NCBI GenBank assembly: GCA_003427395.1
Contig: BFEA01000016.1
Location: forward strand, 4,898,128 to 4,955,958
Direction: 5' to 3'
Length of the DNA: 57,831 nt
DNA from: Chara braunii
Taxonomy: Eukaryota > Plantae > Charophyceae
Shown here: in pieces, positions 36,368-48,376 of the stretch
How positions within the stretch are numbered: the first letter of the stretch is position 1
Layout: each line of letters begins with the position of its first letter
Position numbers and translations under genes: made by a program
Notes under the pieces: model-generated
Told to the model about the DNA's origin: nothing
Databases searched by the model: none
Seen by the model: only the letters and a program-made list of their open reading frames with translations

Positions 36368-36653
36368 GGGCATACTTGCACTATAGGACCTTTTTACTTA
36401 TTTCTGGATGCAATTGCAGCCGTAACTATGGTCAGATAGATTCAGGAGAGTGGTAGTGTGAGTATGCCCCGAGTGTGTCGGATAAGCAAGCACAGACAGA
36501 CAGACAGACTATTTAAGCAACACACACATTCAGAGCGTGCTCGCCCTAGCACTTTTGTAAATGTATCTGACCGCATTTACGGCCGGACTTGCGTGCATGT
36601 GGCAGCAATTCCGTCCAGAAATAAGGAAAAGGTGCTAGTGTGAGTGTATGCCC
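36368..36653. mobile_element. Two copies of a second Tourist-like MITE family (36368-36469 and 36533-36653)
   Basis: TIR GGGCATACTCGCACTA-like / TAGTGTGAGTATGCCC-like. TCA TSD on the second copy. Confidence 0.65.
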
Positions 36654-38171
36654 TCATTCGCATTGCCCCCTGCTTTGGGCCCTTGGGTACTTGTTATGTC
36701 TGTGTGTCTGGCAAAGTGCAGGCTGATCCTGTATCAGGGGGAGAGGGAAGAGAGAAGGAGAAAGGGAAGGGGAGGGAGAAGAGAGTTTAGAGAGATGGCT
36801 TTACCCTTGCAGCCCTAGTCGCCTGCTCAAGGGGGGGACTGCTGCAACACGCATCCTCCTCCAGATCCTGGCTCTTCTTCAGGCTTCCCTTGCTGATCGG
36901 GAGGCTTTCTAGCAGCACCCAGTCACGCAGCAGGGGGATCCCTAGAAGAGCGAGGTGGGGAGCGGAGGCTGTCCCTAGCAGTCTCACATGCCCATTATCT
37001 ATATCTCAACATCTTCCCTTTACTAGTATGGTCCCGAATACTCTATTTCTTATTTCCGCCGGTGGGCGTTTGAAGAGCATCTAATTTCATGTACAGAACC
37101 TTATTCATGTCTCTCTGTCTTGCCCCTCCCTCCTTACCAAAGCCTTCTATTTTATATATGCAACCTACTACTCTTATCTCTCTACCCTCGTCTCTCTGCT
37201 TTTTTCAAGAGACTAACAGGCCTTCTGGCTATTCTACCTTGTATTTACACCTTGTTTCCCTCCATGTTCATCCATTGTATTTACACCTAGTTTCCCTCCA
37301 TGTTCATCCATATCCCCTTCTTACTGCCTTTCTTTCCCTTCTTCCTTTTATCTACTACGATTTCTTCATTTCCTATTCCAAAGTTCAAATATATTCAACT
37401 TTAGCTTTTTTTTTTTTTTTTGGTCCCCCAGTTTTTTAAAGGATTTTGTCCCTCCCTGCTTCCCCCATTTTCCTATCCGGATATCTACCCCCCTTACCTA
37501 CGGAACTGTTATGGTACACACAAGACTACTCGTCCTCCTATCCTTCCTTCGTAGCTATAGTACACCTCGGTTGTTATCCATGGAACGGTGATCTCCTGCT
37601 GGTCTCCTAGATGCTTTCGGATTCTGGTTCAGGACAGGGTCCATGGTGCAGCAAGACGGGGCCGAATCCCATCTGGTCCGTCTGAGGATCTCGCTTCACC
37701 AGCTGTGGGTAGGGGATCCATCTTTCCCGGAAGCCTTCCTCCACCGGCCCCCCTGTGCGTCTACTCCGAGTAACGTCCGCCGGGAGGGCCATTCTAGTGT
37801 TCGCCAGGGCCCTTTCCTGATATACCTGCAGTGATGGGAATGCTCCCTGTCTGCATCGTTCATTCCACAGGGTCCACAAGGCCCACAAAACCGCTGCCCG
37901 TGGAATTTCTGTTGCTATTAGCCCCTCAATCTTCGATTTGTTGACTTTCATTAGAATCCCTAGGAGGATTACTGCATCATCTTCCTCTGAGAGGTCCAGC
38001 GGTGTCTTGTCTGTGACTTCTTGCACCCACCACTCCCAGAACGTCCGAAGTATTGGGCATCGTACAAAAAGGTGAGGAATAGTCTCAACTTGTCTGCAAC
38101 CTGCCACACATTGTTGGTCCTTGTGCCAGTTCTTTGTTGCTATCCATTGCGTTGTGGGGATGGCCAGATGG

Positions 38172-38567
38172 CAGTGTTGCACACCCCGACCGTCGGCGAC
38201 CCGTGACTGGTTGGCTGCCGCCCCGTTGACTGGTCGGCTGGTCGGCACCTACCGGTCGGGGGTCGTCGGCACCCCGCCAAAATTTTTTTTTTTTTTTTTG
38301 GGTCCAGAACCCCTAATAACCCCATGAACACCCCCATACCCCCCCGAAACACCCACAAACCGCCCCCCAACACCCTCATACCCCCCCCAATACCCCCTAT
38401 ACCCCCTGCCTCTTATACACATCTAGATGTGTATAAGAGACAGTTCCAACTCAGATCTGAAAAAAAATTAGTGGATGGTTGTTTTCTGACTGGTTGGCAG
38501 ACCGCCGACTGGTCGGCCCTACTGGTCGGCTGCAATATGGTCGGCGGTTGGCAGGGATGCAACCATG
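38172..38567. mobile_element. hAT-type MITE inside LINE ORF2
   Basis: TIRs CAGTGTTGCA / TGCAACCATG. 8 bp TSD CCAGATGG at 38164-38171 and 38568-38575. GGTCGG subterminal repeats. Confidence 0.9.
38406..38443. other. Nextera mate-pair junction adapter (assembly artefact)
   Basis: Same 38-mer with one mismatch. Confidence 0.95.
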
Positions 38568-41462
38568 CCAGATGGTATATTTGCCGTAGCAGACCAGCCT
38601 GCTTCTGGTCAGGCAGGGAAGCCAGAATAGCACACTGTTCATTCCATCTCCTCTGCGTCCATCTGTTGAAGTACAAACCCGGGATCCAGCCCCTCTTTGC
38701 CCACCGATCCCTCAATCCCCTGCAGATGTATACTTGCTCCAGCAGCGAATTATAAATATTCTTTGTGGTCAGTTCTTGGAGCTTCTCCGTTTTCCTCTGC
38801 ATCCCCTGAACTGCCCATTCCCTCTCTGCCGGGTCCCATATGAGATCCCGCTTTCTACTCGCCACCCGAAATGCCAGGTATTGTCCTTCTCCCTTATATC
38901 TCCCTTCTCGTACTGCCACTGTTTCCACAGCGGTCCTTGATAACTTCTTCAGGGAGCGCCCCCCTTGCGTGCCCCCCTCTTGCAGGGGTTCACCTAAACC
39001 TTCGTATCCCGATGTGACCTGCCACTCCGATGCCTCTAGCCGTCCTGCCAAGACCCGTTCCACCCTATACACCCTCTCCGGTCATGTGCTTCATCTAGTC
39101 CTTACCCATTTCCCAGGTGTTATTTCGTCTCTCCTTGGCATCTCGGTCCACCCAGGGGGGATGGCCTCCCGCAGCTCTGCCACCCTTCGCCGTCGCCTCA
39201 TTCTCCCATGCAGCATTACCTCCATTTCATCATCGGGGCACCAGTCCTTCCGGTCATAAGTGCCCCACCTTATAGATACCCTGTTCCGCGCACTTCCATC
39301 CGTAGGCGCCCCGCGGGTTCTGCTTTGTTAACGACTCCCCGGTTGCATCGCAGATGAATCTATTGCTAAAGACTGCATCTGCTGATTTCGGCCGGCGGCA
39401 CCTCATCTGCGTCTTTTTCCACAAAGCCACTTTCGTGGTCCACACCGTGTCCCTGTGAATGTCCTATTGCTGCAGTGCTGATCAGGCACAGATCCAGCAC
39501 CTCCCTAGCCGCCTGGAGTGTGTATGCCAAATGGGTCCGAGTTATTTCTTGCCAAGTTCCTCCCACCGTGCCAAGAAGATACCATATCAGGTGCCGTAGC
39601 TGCAGGGCAATGATTTGCAGCCACGGGTAAGAAATCCCCAGTCCTCCAAACCGCCTTGGCTGGGTCAATTTGTTCTACGCGACTCTGCAAATGGAGTCTT
39701 CGGCAACAGCGCTGTTAGACCAGAGGTGCGCATGAATAGCCCTCTTGATATATCGAAAGGTCCTTTTGCCCGGCATATGCACAGCACCTGCATACCACAG
39801 CGCTGCCAGTACTGAATTCTTGATCACCGAAACCTTTACCGAAAACTCCCATGCTCCCTCTCGCACTCCATGCTGTCAGTCTTGCCACCGATGTCGTTGC
39901 TCGAATCTTATCTGCTCAACCCCTCCATAGGCCGGCGTTAGGTTAGCCCCCAGGAAAACTGTTCTTTTTCCCTCCACCGCTGTCGGGTTGTCCCATCCCT
40001 CTGGCGGCTCAACCTCCGGTGGGAGGATGGCCTTAGATGTGAGCCAGTTCACCCTTGCTCCCAAATACTTACAGAACACAGCGAGATCTTCTTTGAGGAT
40101 TCCCAGTCGTTGCGGGGATTGCTGCTCCAGAGTCTTCCGCAAATGCTGTGGACTGCAATTCCATCCCCGGCCCTGCCTTCAGACTGTTCAGCCGGTCGCC
40201 CTTAGTATGTCATGCATTGACTCGATATAACTGACATATAAGGCTGGGGATAGCGGGCACCCCCGCCTAACCGATCTGGTGATTCTCAATTTGTCTGATC
40301 GAACTCCGGTCACCTGCATCACTGTTGTGGCCCCCCCCCAGCAGACTCCTGACCCACCTGCAAAAGATTCCCCCTATTCCCCAGCGCACCATCCCCTGCA
40401 GTAAGAATTCCCAGCGAACCCGATCATAGGCCTTCTCCAGGTCTATAGACACAAAGGCCTGCCCTGTGCATTCATCTCCTTCCAAAATCTGCTCCGCCAA
40501 TAGCACATTGGAGAGGATCTGGCGCCCAGCTACGAAGCCTGTCAGAGTGCAATTAATGATGTGTGGCACCACCTGCTTCAGCCGAGTGGCCAGCACCTTA
40601 GCGAGGATCTTGTATAGCGCGTTCAGGATAGATATCGGATGCCAGTTGCGCACGTCCTCTTTCACCGCCTTCTTATAAAGCAGGACTATCTATGCATCTG
40701 CGAAACCCTGCGGGAAGGAGCCATGCCTCAGTGCCTCGTTGTATGCTGTTGTCAGCAAGGTCACAAAAAAACAGTGGAAATCCTTATACATCTCCACTGG
40801 CATCCAGTCCAGTCCGCGCGCTTTGAGGCGGGGGACCTCTGCGATTGCTGTCTCCATCTTTTCTGCTCTGAGATCATCGTCCAATCCGCACGTACTTTCT
40901 AAGTCCAGAGGATTCTGGACATGCTTCCATACTTCTTGCTCCGGTGCACTGGCCATCTCCACCGGTGTCCAATCCTCTTCTTCCGTTAAATAGTTGCCAG
41001 TAGAAATCTGTAACATACTTCAAGATGCCTCGTGTGGTGCGCTGCTTTTCCTGATTCTCGTCGAATGGATGGTTCATTGCTATCATCAGAGGTGCCACCT
41101 TACGCTTACCTATCGTAGCAAAGAATCTATGCGACATACGCTCCCTCACCAGGATCCACGACTCATTGGTACGCCTCCCTCATTTGACTGCTTCCTCCCT
41201 CTGCCATTCCCTCCAACTTCAAGCCACCTCCAGTCTCTCCACCCACCATTCATCTTCCATTTACTCCCCATCAGGGCCTTTATTAAACTCCTCTAGCCTG
41301 CTAGAGTACTCCTCCCGTCCTTTGGTGAGCCAGATAATTGCACCGCAAGTTCCGCAACTGTTTTACCAAGTTCCTTCGCAGGTCTTGGGTTGCCGCCACC
41401 ACATGATCCAACAGATTGTTCTGTAGGCATTCTTTCGCCCAGTCTTCGCAAAACTGGGCCAC

Positions 41463-41654
41463 CATAGGTCGAAACCATACTTGCGGCGCACCAGTGTGCA
41501 GCACGGGGCGGGGCAGTGCGCATTGCGCCGTGCGCTGGAATTCCAGCGCGCACACTGTGCGCTGTACGCAGTGCGCAGTGCACAGTGCGCACGCTGTGGA
41601 AGCTGCGCCAGGTGCGCAAAAAAAAAGTAAAAAAAACACAACATTTATTTGTGC

Positions 41655-41748
<94 letters not shown>

Positions 41749-42688
41749 TCCCTTTTCGTCAATTTAGGGTCCCCTGCAGGTAGCTCAAATGACTCCAACG
41801 ATGCACTTAGACATTGTGGAGGCATTGAGTACCGCTGCTTCAGCAAGCAGGGTGGCCGCGTCACAATGAGAGAGTCGGGAGCAGACCACCAGTATATTCT
41901 GTGGCGGTGAGTTCAGGTCTGTAGCTCGGGAGTTATGGGTCAGCAATTCAGCTAGACCCTGTTTGTGTCTCCATGTGACTCTCAGGGCCTAGCTCCACCA
42001 CTCACTGGTACTCACCGAGTGTAATGAATCTTCTGCTAAAATATGGAACCATACACCGTCTATGGTATGTCTTTTGTGGATGTGGTGAGTAGTGGCCAGA
42101 GGCTCCTTGGGCCACTGTACGTATTCAGAAGAAGACAAAAAGGAAAAAACGAGAGAGCTACAGGCATCTTCACGGTCACTGTACGTATTCAGAAGAAGAC
42201 AAAAAGAAAAAACGAGAGAGCTACGGGCATCTTCATCCTAACCCATCACTGCCGACATGCAGACCTGAATGCCAAACTTCAGCAATATATTGGTGGTTGG
42301 CTGGACTTACCAAACATTTCGTGTGCCCTCTGCCATGCAGTGTGAACATGGCAGTACTGGGCAATTATACCCTTCTTGCAAATTTGTCCACCTCTGCGTG
42401 GGATTTGCAGAAGGAAAGGGGAAGTCCAGTTATCATACCTCACCCGAAAAGGAAAACCTAGAGGTTCAATGAGCCTTATTTTCATAATCAGCAATTTTGA
42501 AATTTGTGGCGGAGCAGCCTGCAGAATTCGGAATTCGGCAACGCTTGCTCAAAATTTTTTTTTTGGCCAAGTGGCGCGGACAATTTCCGAACTCGCGAGG
42601 CGAGTTGAACATTTTGCACGTGGTGCGGTGCGCTGCGCATGCACAAATTTGCGCACCGAGGTGCGCCACAACTATGGTCGAAACTCTG
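41463..42688. mobile_element. ~1.2 kb TIR element interrupting LINE ORF2
   Basis: Imperfect ~30 bp TIRs sharing ACCATAnTTGnGGCGCACC, with TGCGCA-rich subtermini. CAC flanks both sides. LINE-like coding sequence resumes on both sides. Confidence 0.6.
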
Positions 42689-43182
42689 CACTTTTGAACA
42701 CGCTGGTATTGCTTTTGGTGGGTGGCCCATCTCTAGCCAACCCGTTGGGAAGCTCGCCAGTACTGCTGAATGGTCCGAAGTGGCCATAGGCTTGATCTGC
42801 ACTCGTTCTAGTACTTCATTTAGGCCTGCCGAAGCCCATATCATGTCTATTCTACTCCTCCTGGTCACTGTGTTTCCCCAGAAGGTGTAGACGTTTTCTT
42901 GCTGAGACAATGTTCGATATGAGTCTGTGCAGCCCAGCCAGTTATTCCGTTAGCGAGAGTGAGCGAGTGGGCCTCCATCTGCCTTGGGTGGGCAGCAAGA
43001 CTTGGATGGATCGGCGATGGAGTTGAGATCACCTGCTATAAGAAATTTTATCAACCTCCGGCACCAAGTCTGCAGGCTTTCCCACATCCTGCGTCGCGTT
43101 CCGGCTTCCGGTGGGCCATACACTGTCACCACTCCCCAAATTTCCTCCTCCCCTGCAGTATCACCCATGCCCACCTACCCCT

Positions 43183-43456
43183 TGAATCATAATACCAAAA
43201 CTTATCAAAAATCATTGTGCATAGCTTTCATTTTGAATTGAATGTCATGCATGATATGTACCAATTACCCACCCGTTCGGGTGGGGTTTCAATCTTTCTT
43301 GTTTTATAGTACGTGTGATAAATTGAGAAGCGGCTTGTTTCATTTCATGCGTTGACAACATCTAAAAAAACAACAAACAAAATGAAATTGTATATAATTG
43401 GCATTTTAGCCAAAATACTTGGAATAATAATACCACTTTTACTAGGAGTTGCTTTC
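43183..43456 (+). pseudogene. nad1: NUMT: nad1 5' end plus AT-rich upstream sequence, inserted in the LINE endonuclease
   Basis: ATG at 43382 starts MKLYIIGILAKILGIIIPLLLGVAF. LINE EN sequence resumes on both sides. Confidence 0.88.
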
Positions 43457-45703
43457 CATAACGTCCCCCCTAAAAATGGTGGAATACCAGGATGCACACC
43501 CCTCCTTTTGCACCCTGCACCGGTGCCCATATCTGGTGGCCTTTCCACTGTAATGCCAGTCCTTCCGTCTTGAGCTCATTCAGCCATATCCGTCTCCTGA
43601 AGACAGACAATATCAATCTGCTCTGCTGCCACCTGCTTCGCTAGTTCCCTTCGCTTGGGCAAGAGTGACCTTGCTCCTATTCCCCACAGGTTCCATGTCA
43701 TTATGTTCAACCGATTGCATTTCCTACCCGGCCCCATACCCCTTCTCCTATAACCTCCTTTCTGTTTCTCCCAGCTCCCCTCACGGTCCCTCAACCTATC
43801 TATCATTTTGAAACATCACCTCACCTAGGCTTCCCTGTTTTGATGTTTGGGGGGGGGGAGTCCTTCTCCATGCGACACCCTACAGGATAACATAGTTCGT
43901 GCTTTGCTCCCCCCTTTCCCATATCCCTATTCCATTCTGAAACTGCTCGTTTCCAACATGATCCTTCTGCGGAAGGCGCGCATTGACGCTGTTAAGAATG
44001 GCCAAGGATGTCGTGTACACCACATGGTAATCTTGTGGGATTGCTGCCGGCCCAAAGGCTTCTTCAAATGGAATCCACTGCAGGCCTCCCCGAAGTCTCG
44101 GATTGCCCGGTCTTTTGGATACGAGTTCGACAAAGTACACGATCACTGCATATTCCTTCCCTTTGACCGTACTGTGCATGAATCTAGAAGCAGAAATAGG
44201 GGGCAGGGACCGCACTTCGAACTTTTGTCCCACCCAGTCCGTCACCTGCTTCAACACTTGCCACTCTTGTGGCAACTTGCTTGCACTAAAGGTCAGTACT
44301 TCGGTTGCCCCCTCCATCAGTATCTTATCCCCGCCAGCCGTCCGCCAAAGGGTTATGGGGCACACATAACACCCTTCTGCCTGCAAAATACTCTTCAAAC
44401 CCATCCCTGCCCGCTCTTGCTTTGCTAATTCTACTAGCTGGGCCAGCGGCTCCTGCTGCTGCCCCTCCTCCCTTGCCTCCGCCCGATGTGTCTGTGTTCT
44501 GGTCCTACTCGCTTGCGTGGACTTGCTTTGCGAGGCTTCTTCCTCAGGCACCGGCCAATGTCGGTCCTGCTTCGAGTGCTGCCCTCCCTCACCTTCCTCC
44601 TCTCCCCCACCTTCTTCTGTCGATTCCTGGGTTGACTGCTCCCCCTGCACCTCCTCAGTCCCTGAGGTTTCCAAAGTTTCCAAAGTCTCTCCCCATGGCT
44701 CCCTGTATCTGCCGCCCCCGATACTGCCTCCCTTTCCGGAGTGCATATATTCACGCTTATTCCCTCCACCGGAAGGTCGTAACTCACTTCCCTGAGCAGA
44801 GCCTAGGCCGAGGGGGATGGCGTAACATCCCTACGCCGTTTCCCTCTCAACCAATACCGTGGTCCTTGTCCCCTTCCCCCAATCAGGGATCGCTCCCTTT
44901 CTCGTATATAAGCCGATTGCTCCTGCAGGCTCGACTTCGGTTGGTAAACATCTCCCTTCCATGTGGACCCAGCCTCTGTTGACGAAAACGTCGGGGCCGG
45001 GAAACACTCCGCCGATGACGAGCTTTTGGGGGGACCAGCAGATACCGTCTTCGTTCTACGCTTATATCCAGTCGACATCCCCTCTCTTTTATCTTCTTCT
45101 GCTGTTATGGGTATTTCATAGACCGGCCTACCCTGTACCTGGGGAGTTCCAGATTCGCAGGAGCTTCCCTGTCTTCCCTGCATACCTTCATCTGCCCCCT
45201 CCTTCTCCTCCGTCCCCCCTGCCTCTTGTACCTCTTGTCGCTCTTGTTGTTCCCTCCTCAGCCCGGTGCCTATTTCCCCCATCCTCTGTTCCTCCTCTCC
45301 TTTGTCTCCCTCATCTTGTCCTTCTCCCTCCTTTACCTTTCCCTGGTCCTGCCTTTGTCCCCCCCTTCCCATTGCACTTTCCCTTTTCACTTCCTCTTCC
45401 TTCGTTCCCCTCTCCCGCTTCCCAATCCCTACTTCACTCCTTTCCTCCTGATGATTCCTCCCTTGTACTTCCCCCGCCCCCTGTTCTATCTCGGCATTGC
45501 CTGTTTATACTGCACCCCAGGTCCTTGGCTTTGCCAACTTCTTCACCCTCTCTCCCTCCCTTTCAGACCCTCCTCTCATATACCGCCCCTGCCAACTGCT
45601 CTCCTGATCCTACTGCCCCTCTTTGAAGCCCTGCTTGCTAGTGTATTTCTGCCTGAGTCTTTTCTTTTTTTTTGTTTTCTTCTTTTCCTTGTGGTTGTTT
45701 CAG

Positions 45704-46079
45704 GAACGGGCTTACCTTCTGCTAACTGGCTTTGGAGCTCATGGGTATGGTAGCGAGAGTGAAGAACTTTTGGGTGGTGTCTTTGACGACGGAAATCTTC
45801 TCCATCTTGGCAGAGCGGAGAATGATGCCAGAGTGGAGGGAGATGGCGATGGGCCCGCTGCTGGCGAAGACGATGGTGGGACAGGGTCGCAGGGGAGACC
45901 TGGGCAAGGCGCTCACTCTGAGGGGAATGCACAGGAACCATTGGATCAACGAACAAGAGAAAGCATGGAGATCGACGGTACAAGATACGACGATGATGAA
46001 TCGCTTGCACGAGCTTTGCAAGAGGAGGAGGACAGGGAGATGACGGCAAGGCTGATGGCATTAGCATGCTCGCTGCCTG
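45704..46079 (+). CDS. BBR: BBR exon 2
   Basis: Polypyrimidine tract and CAG acceptor at 45701-45703. Encodes ERAYLLL...DDDESLARALQEEEDREMTARLMAL (UIM-like BBR motif). Donor G|GTGAGA, phase 1. Confidence 0.9.
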
Positions 46080-46220
46080 GTGAGACTGCTGTTTGTCTGG
46101 GCGTCAACAAGGTTGCGTCTTCTTTTTGTTTTGCATTGGACATCACTTTTTCTGTCCTCTCTGTCTCGGTTCTGTCCCAATCCCTGTTGCTCGGGTTAGC
46201 ACTGTTGTTCACTTGGGTTT

Positions 46221-46302
<82 letters not shown>

Positions 46303-47723
46303 ATTTGTATATGTATATGATGGAGACGTCCTGAGTTCTTTCTTAAAAAAAAAACAGTTTGAAAACTTATTTCAAATTCATATATTAAGACTACATATCA
46401 ATTTTGCGAGGCTACGCCCGCTTAGCCCCTACGGGGCCCTATCTGCAACAAGGTCGGCCGCCCTAAGTGAAGGCAGGCACGACAGGCCCTTCGGGCCTCA
46501 TTCTTCAGGGTACCCCACAACGGGGAAATTCAGACAGTTGCGTTGCGCCAGTTGGTTGAATGAATCCAGGCCCTGGGCCGCCTGTGTAAATTAATGTGAA
46601 GCAGGCCCTGGGCTGGATACGGGTACCGGGCCAAACACAGGCCGAAAGCAGTTGGGCGCATGCAACCACTTCAGGCCGAAGGCCTGCTCTCTTCGTGACT
46701 GGGCCTGTGCCTACCGGGGCCTACCGGAAGCTTCCTGGACTGGACGCAGGCAGGCCACTTCGATATAGGGAAGGGCCTGCCTCCTCATTCGGCGTTCGGG
46801 TGCTGGCTGCATGCTGCGTGAGCGCTGCTGCGCAATCCGCTGGCTGGCTGNCACTCACGCTCTCACGGGCGAGTAGGAGGGAGCACGCAGCCATAGCCAA
46901 GCTGCGCTGCTGTATGCTAGGTGAAGCGCAGGGTGGTCCTTGNGGTGCTAGTGGCATCTGTGCGGTGTGGATCGGGGTTGTGAGTGTTACGAGAGACATA
47001 CCTGGNGCTGAAGCGTGCGACATTGGTCGCCATATGCTCGTACTTCGGGAACGCTGTTGATGTCATCATTCTGCTTCGTAGTATAGGCTAGATAGGATCT
47101 GCCACNTGTAGTCTGGGCGCCGAGCGNCAATAGGATATCAACTCTGGTTCGTAGTTGATGATGATGGGACTACTTCAGNATTGTCAATTTTGAACTCTTG
47201 GTGTGTTCTTACTTGGTGTATCTTGTGATGCCAGTCTGCTGTGGTTCGAGGTCAAAACTATCTGGGCTCATATGTATGATGCGGTTTGATTGCTGAAGTT
47301 CGCTAATGCTCATCTTCCTTGCGATTTATTGGATGGGGCAACTTTTGTGCAGTCTGGAAAACAGTTTGAAAATACATTTCAGGCATCCCTCAAACATAAT
47401 ACACCCCCACCGGACCCTGAAGCTAGCTTGTATACATCCAACATTTTCAGCGTTTTGCCTAGACTGCATTTTGAAACCCTAAACAGTGACCGCGCCCGGG
47501 TTTTCCCTTATTAAATTCATTCATTCATTCATTCATTCATATTTCATATATAAAGTCTATGTTACGTCTGTGCACTAATGGCCTGCAAGTTTGGGTAACT
47601 TCCTAGTGCAGAGTTATGCTCATGTTTGCTGCAGAGTGTGCTTACAGTCATTGACTGCTGGCTTATTCACTTCACTGGTTTTCTCCACTGCATGTTCTTT
47701 GTCGTTGTGATGTGTTGAACCAG

Positions 47724-47758
47724 AGTCACCCGAAGACAGTGAGGATGAAGGGTTACAG
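47724..47758 (+). CDS. BBR: BBR exon 3 (35 nt micro-exon)
   Basis: CAG|AG TCA CCC GAA GAC AGT GAG GAT GAA GGG TTA CAG|GT encodes the acidic linker (E)SPEDSEDEGLQ. It converts phase 1 to the phase 0 needed by exon 4. Confidence 0.75.
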
Positions 47759-47964
47759 GTGTGAACATGTTGCCCGCGCAATTCGACCTGCATTGTCTTT
47801 GTATGAAATCCTATTTTTGACTTACTGAGTGCACTTTTATGAGCGGCTTTGCCGCAACCTGTTGGACCCCTACAAGGAGCCAAAAGAGCAGTTGCAGCGT
47901 GCGTGCTCTCATTTCAGTTGATAGAGAGCTGACAATACGTACACATATTATATATATCTATACA

Positions 47965-48376
47965 CAGGGTTGCATCCCTGCCGACCGCCAACCCCGATTG
48001 CTGACCGTATTGCATCCGACCAGTAGGGCCGACCGGTCGGCAGTCTGCCGACCGGTCCGGAAAAAAAAAAAAACAAACCATCCTCTTTTTTTTTCTTTCG
48101 AATCTGAGTACATCTCAAATCCGCTGAGAAACTTTTGGGGATGCGGGGTGGTATGGGGGGGGGCGGTTTGGGGGTGTTGGGGGGGTGTATGGGGGTATTG
48201 GGGGTATTGGGGGCCGCTATGGGGGTGTTGGTGGTTTTATTAGGGGTTTTCTGGACCTTTTTTTTTTTGTGCGGGGTGCCGACGACCCCCGACCGGTAGG
48301 TGCCAACCAGCCGATCGGTCGGCGGGTTGGCATCCAACCAGTCAAGGGCTGCCGACCGTCGGGGGGTGCAACCCTG
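47965..48376. mobile_element. hAT-type MITE, same family, opposite orientation
   Basis: TIRs CAGGGTTGCA / TGCAACCCTG. 8 bp TSD TCTATACA at 47957-47964 and 48377-48384. Confidence 0.92.

Larger units (their letters stand above)
37406..45625 (-). mobile_element. Near full-length degenerate L1-clade LINE, antisense in BBR intron 1 (5' end approximate)
   Basis: ORF1 remnants at 43880-45600. EN motifs IMTWNLWG, DIVCLQET, VYGPP, IAGDLN, SRIDMIW and SDHSAV. RT motifs WHPISILNALYKILAKVLA, IDLEKAYDRV, GCPLSP and FAED (mutated FADD, ~40130-40145). C-terminal CCHC CVAGCRQVETIPHLFVRC. Putative poly(A) at 37406-37421. Confidence 0.92.
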
